A stretch of DNA of 64,000 nucleotides from Orbicella franksi (taxonomy: Eukaryota), in the NCBI GenBank assembly GCA_964199315.1, contig OZ116706.1:1302001-1366000 (forward strand), read 5' to 3'. This document shows, piece after piece, positions 61,001 through 64,000 of the stretch. The notes beneath the pieces were generated by a model. It worked only from the letters and a program-made list of their open reading frames with translations. It did no database searches and was not told where the DNA came from. How positions within the stretch are numbered: position 1 is the stretch's first letter; every line of letters begins with the position of its first letter. The position numbers and the translations under genes were made by a program.

Positions 61001-63710
61001 AAATCTTCGCAGTGTCCCAGGTGTTACCATAGCTCTGAAACACTACGTGTGCTGGTTTTCTGTCGACAGGCGCTTTTGCGGTAGATGCGGATGTGCGTGT
61101 GTTCAGCGCATCTGGAGCAGGACAAAGATCAAAATGATGAATATTTGTTCTGTCTTGCGTCATGCGTGTTTCGGCTGCAAAAAGAAGTCATTGCTTGCGG
61201 CGTTAACTACGAATGTTGAGCGAGAGAGAACAGACAAACATCCGAGAACTAAAACGCATAAATCAGACCCAGGCGCTATATCATTGCTCGACTAACACTT
61301 AAAAAAGTTATTTGTATAACGTTCTATTTATACTTTTGAAAAGCGATCGCGGAAACTTAGCAAAGCCGGGTAGGTAGTTCTGATGTTTAATTAGATTTGT
61401 ATTACGTTTCAGTGGCCACGCAAGATGCAAAGCGGTAACCAAACGAACAGAGGGACTCTAAGCAAGCTAGAAATAATGACAACAGATAGAGGATTTTTTG
61501 AAATGTAGGCTTGCACCCAGTGAAAAAAACTCGATGCCACTTTGTTTCTTTATTTTAAGTAGAGTTGTTAGTCTATTATGTCCGTCAGCGCGAAAAGCCT
61601 TAGCTTTAACTCTGAATTAAGGAAATGCGGTGTTTTGTTCCAATTCTTTAATAATGACTCGGTTGTTGATTTCTTTGCCTGTGGGCTGTCGCGTTGGTCT
61701 TGAGGTTATGAACAGCATTCAAACTTAAAAACCTAGTAAATAATATACGTTCGTATCTGGTCAAATTATGTTTGTTTTGATAGCCGTTCACATCTCTCGT
61801 TTCTCAAAAAAGAAAGTGCAAAACCGCATCTAAGGGAATGAATCTCGACAGCATTTCCACCTAAATTATTTATCTTGCCAAAACCCACAAAACTAATCAG
61901 TTGGCATGCAGTTTTAAGAAGGAAGACCTACTGATATCAAAGTGTGCTCTCGTCCTTTTTATTTCTTTACTTTTCAAAACCGCTCTTCCGTCTACCTTGG
62001 AGAATCACCGCATGTTTTAAGGAATTTGCCGTTACAGCTTTTTTGGGGGTGAGTTTGATTCCTTGGTTGATATTCTGTCTTTTTGTCTTCTCCTTCGCAG
62101 CTGTGAAAAATTCTTGTGACAGTGAGTTTTTAAAGTGTGAACACGAGTGCTATAAGCCGAATAAGGGTAGAGCTGAATGCCGGTGTAGAGACGGATACAC
62201 GTTGCAAAGTGATGGGCAATCTTGTGCAGGTGAGACACCACTATCAATGGTACGTCCTGCCGAGGGGTTTTAGGCAATTTTACTCTTCATACTTGTAGAA
62301 CTTGGTCGGGTGAATAAGCAAAGAAAGATCTGATCTGAAATTCCACGCAGCTAGATCGTAAATGTTTCTTTACCTTGTATAATTTTATTTTCGTATTACG
62401 CTAAATCATTCAATGTCAAAACGTCTTCCTTTGATATTATTGACAGAAGCATTTCACTTGAATATATCATAACATTGTGTTTTGTTTTAGCCGGAGCATC
62501 TCGATCCCCCAGTGGTACCAAGGCCCCATCTCCAGAGCTGGAAACTGACAATGGGTGTGGGACTGGGCTCAAGTGTGAACACAAGTGTATATCATATGAT
62601 GGTGTCTCTCAGTGCGTGTGTCGTGATGGCTACCAGCTGCATATGAATGGCTACAGTTGTGTTGGTAAGCCAAGTGAATGAAAATTTTTTGGCTCTCATC
62701 ATGGATGTAAACGTTATAGAATCGCATCGTAAAGCATAACAAACAGTATCACATGAAAGTACTTCTCAACAGCCTTTATTTGGCTGGTCACATGCAGTAA
62801 GGCTTTAAAAACTTCCGTTGGTTGACATTAATAGTTTGAACCTTTTACTCTGTATACGGTATTTAGATAATAATCAAATCAATGCGCGCGCTCTGATTGG
62901 TCAATCAGCTATGGTTTATTGTACCAGTAAACTCATGGAAATTTCGCGTGTCTTCTGAATTATTATTTAAAAGCAACAGACCACAAGTTTTTATGGTTTA
63001 TAGGCTGATAAACCACTGCGGATGTTGGAAGAACACTCGAAAAATTCGTTAATCACTCGCGGTTCATGATTTACGAATTCTTCTCCTGTTCTTCCAACAT
63101 CCGCAGTGGTTTATCAGCCTATAAACCATAAAAACTTGTGGCCTATTGATTAAAGAAGGGTTAGAGCTGCCATAACCGGAGTGAAGTTTTTGTTCATGAA
63201 TGGGTCTTTACTTTCAGGTTGTAAACTAAACTACAATGCGGACGACCAATGACATGAACTAATGACGTCATTACATTGCATTGCTTGTTTTCAGACATCG
63301 ATGAATGCCGGTATTCACCGTGTTCACAGTTGTGCAGAAACACTCCTGGCTCATTTTACTGTTCTTGTAGATCAGGATTTAAGCTTCAGTCAGACAAGAG
63401 CACATGTAAAGGTAAATAAACGAACACTTCACGTGAACAAGAAATGATGGTGGACCTGTCTGTGATGTGTCTAATGAATGCCAAGTCATTGCGGTGGTAA
63501 ATATGGTTACTAGATCTCAAAAACGTTTAGGTTATAGAATAACAATAGAATAGAATCTAGAATAATCTTGTCTGGATATATATCTGATTGCAGAAGAGAA
63601 GATCAAATGCTCGTCGAATGATATTGCTTGTATCGAGAGATGTAAGCAGATTGGCAATTGCTCCTGTCCACCAGGATTTGCCATGGGCCCGGATGGCCAG
63701 ACTTGTGTTG
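55092..63710 (+). CDS. Secreted protein: signal peptide + ~170-aa putative lysozyme-like domain + at least 4 EGF-like repeats (one calcium-binding type); 3' end beyond the window
   Basis: Exons 55092-55677, 62101-62229, 62491-62664, 63295-63411, 63594-63710, all joined by phase-1 GT-AG introns. Hydrophobic N-terminus [24 protein letters not shown]. Six-Cys EGF exons, including [25 protein letters not shown] (cbEGF consensus). Further exons inside the 6.4-kb first intron are not excluded. Confidence 0.82.
59640..60226. mobile_element. MITE with internal duplication (intron 1 of the EGF gene)
   Basis: TIRs CCCGC(C)ATAGTCAATCGAAC / GTTCGATTGACTATGCGGG; many AATCGAAC / GTTCGATT subterminal repeats; ~79-bp direct duplication at ~59860 and ~59939. 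Confidence 0.75.
62981..63141. repeat. Perfect 55-bp inverted repeat with 51-bp spacer (young palindromic MITE)
   Basis: 62981-63035 (CCACAAGTTTTTATGG...GGAAGAACA) is the exact reverse complement of 63087-63141. Confidence 0.9.
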
Positions 63711-64000
63711 GTAAGTTAAACCAACCGTATTTAGTCGATAAATGAGGTAGCCACCGCACAAAGTTGAAAAAATCTCAAACAACATGCGTAGAGGTCCTAA
63801 AGATGTTCAAATTCAAGATGGTGAATGATCTTGGAAATTTAAAACTTGCGAGATGAGTCTGGATACGAGGTCCGAGTGTTGGCTTGTTGCCTGCATGAAG
63901 GGCTTACTTTCAAAGTGTCAGTCGCTGAAACCTTCGAAGGCGGTTATATCATTCGACTCACTTCTTGTTGATAAAACGAGTTAACTGATCGTGAGCACCA

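Noticed and set aside
60364-61163. Possible nested antisense gene in the EGF-gene intron (ORFs 60364-60561 and 60960-61163)
   Set aside because: Composition looks mildly coding, but the acceptor is weak, no motif is recognisable and no consistent exon chain could be built; RNA-seq would be needed.

Overview
Eukaryotic, intron-rich animal DNA. The tandem-PHR cryptochrome and the repeat types suggest an anthozoan, probably a stony coral (inference). Five protein-coding genes can be rebuilt exon by exon from GT-AG sites and reading-frame phase. (1) 1-17259, + strand, 5'-partial: a single cryptochrome/(6-4)photolyase-family gene made of at least six PHR modules, M1 (partial) to M6. The modules are joined in frame by phase-1 introns, none starts with ATG, and only M6 ends in a spliced stop, giving at least 2655 aa in the window. 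M1-M5 lie in a near-identical ~2.71 kb tandem array with an ABAB higher-order pattern; M6 is divergent except for one exon that looks gene-converted. (2) 20198-30823, - strand: 17-exon M13 (neprilysin/ECE-like) zinc metallopeptidase with an apparent 1-nt frameshift just after the HEXXH exon. (3) 35810-38548, - strand: PUS3. (4) 38775-46096, + strand: IDH3G, head-to-head with PUS3. (5) 55092 to past 63710, + strand, 3'-partial: secreted protein with a putative lysozyme-like N-terminal domain followed by EGF/cbEGF repeats. Introns and intergenic DNA carry a tRNA-derived SINE, several MITE/palindromic elements and two minisatellites. No tRNA, rRNA or CRISPR array was seen. All coordinates were counted by hand and no database searches were run.
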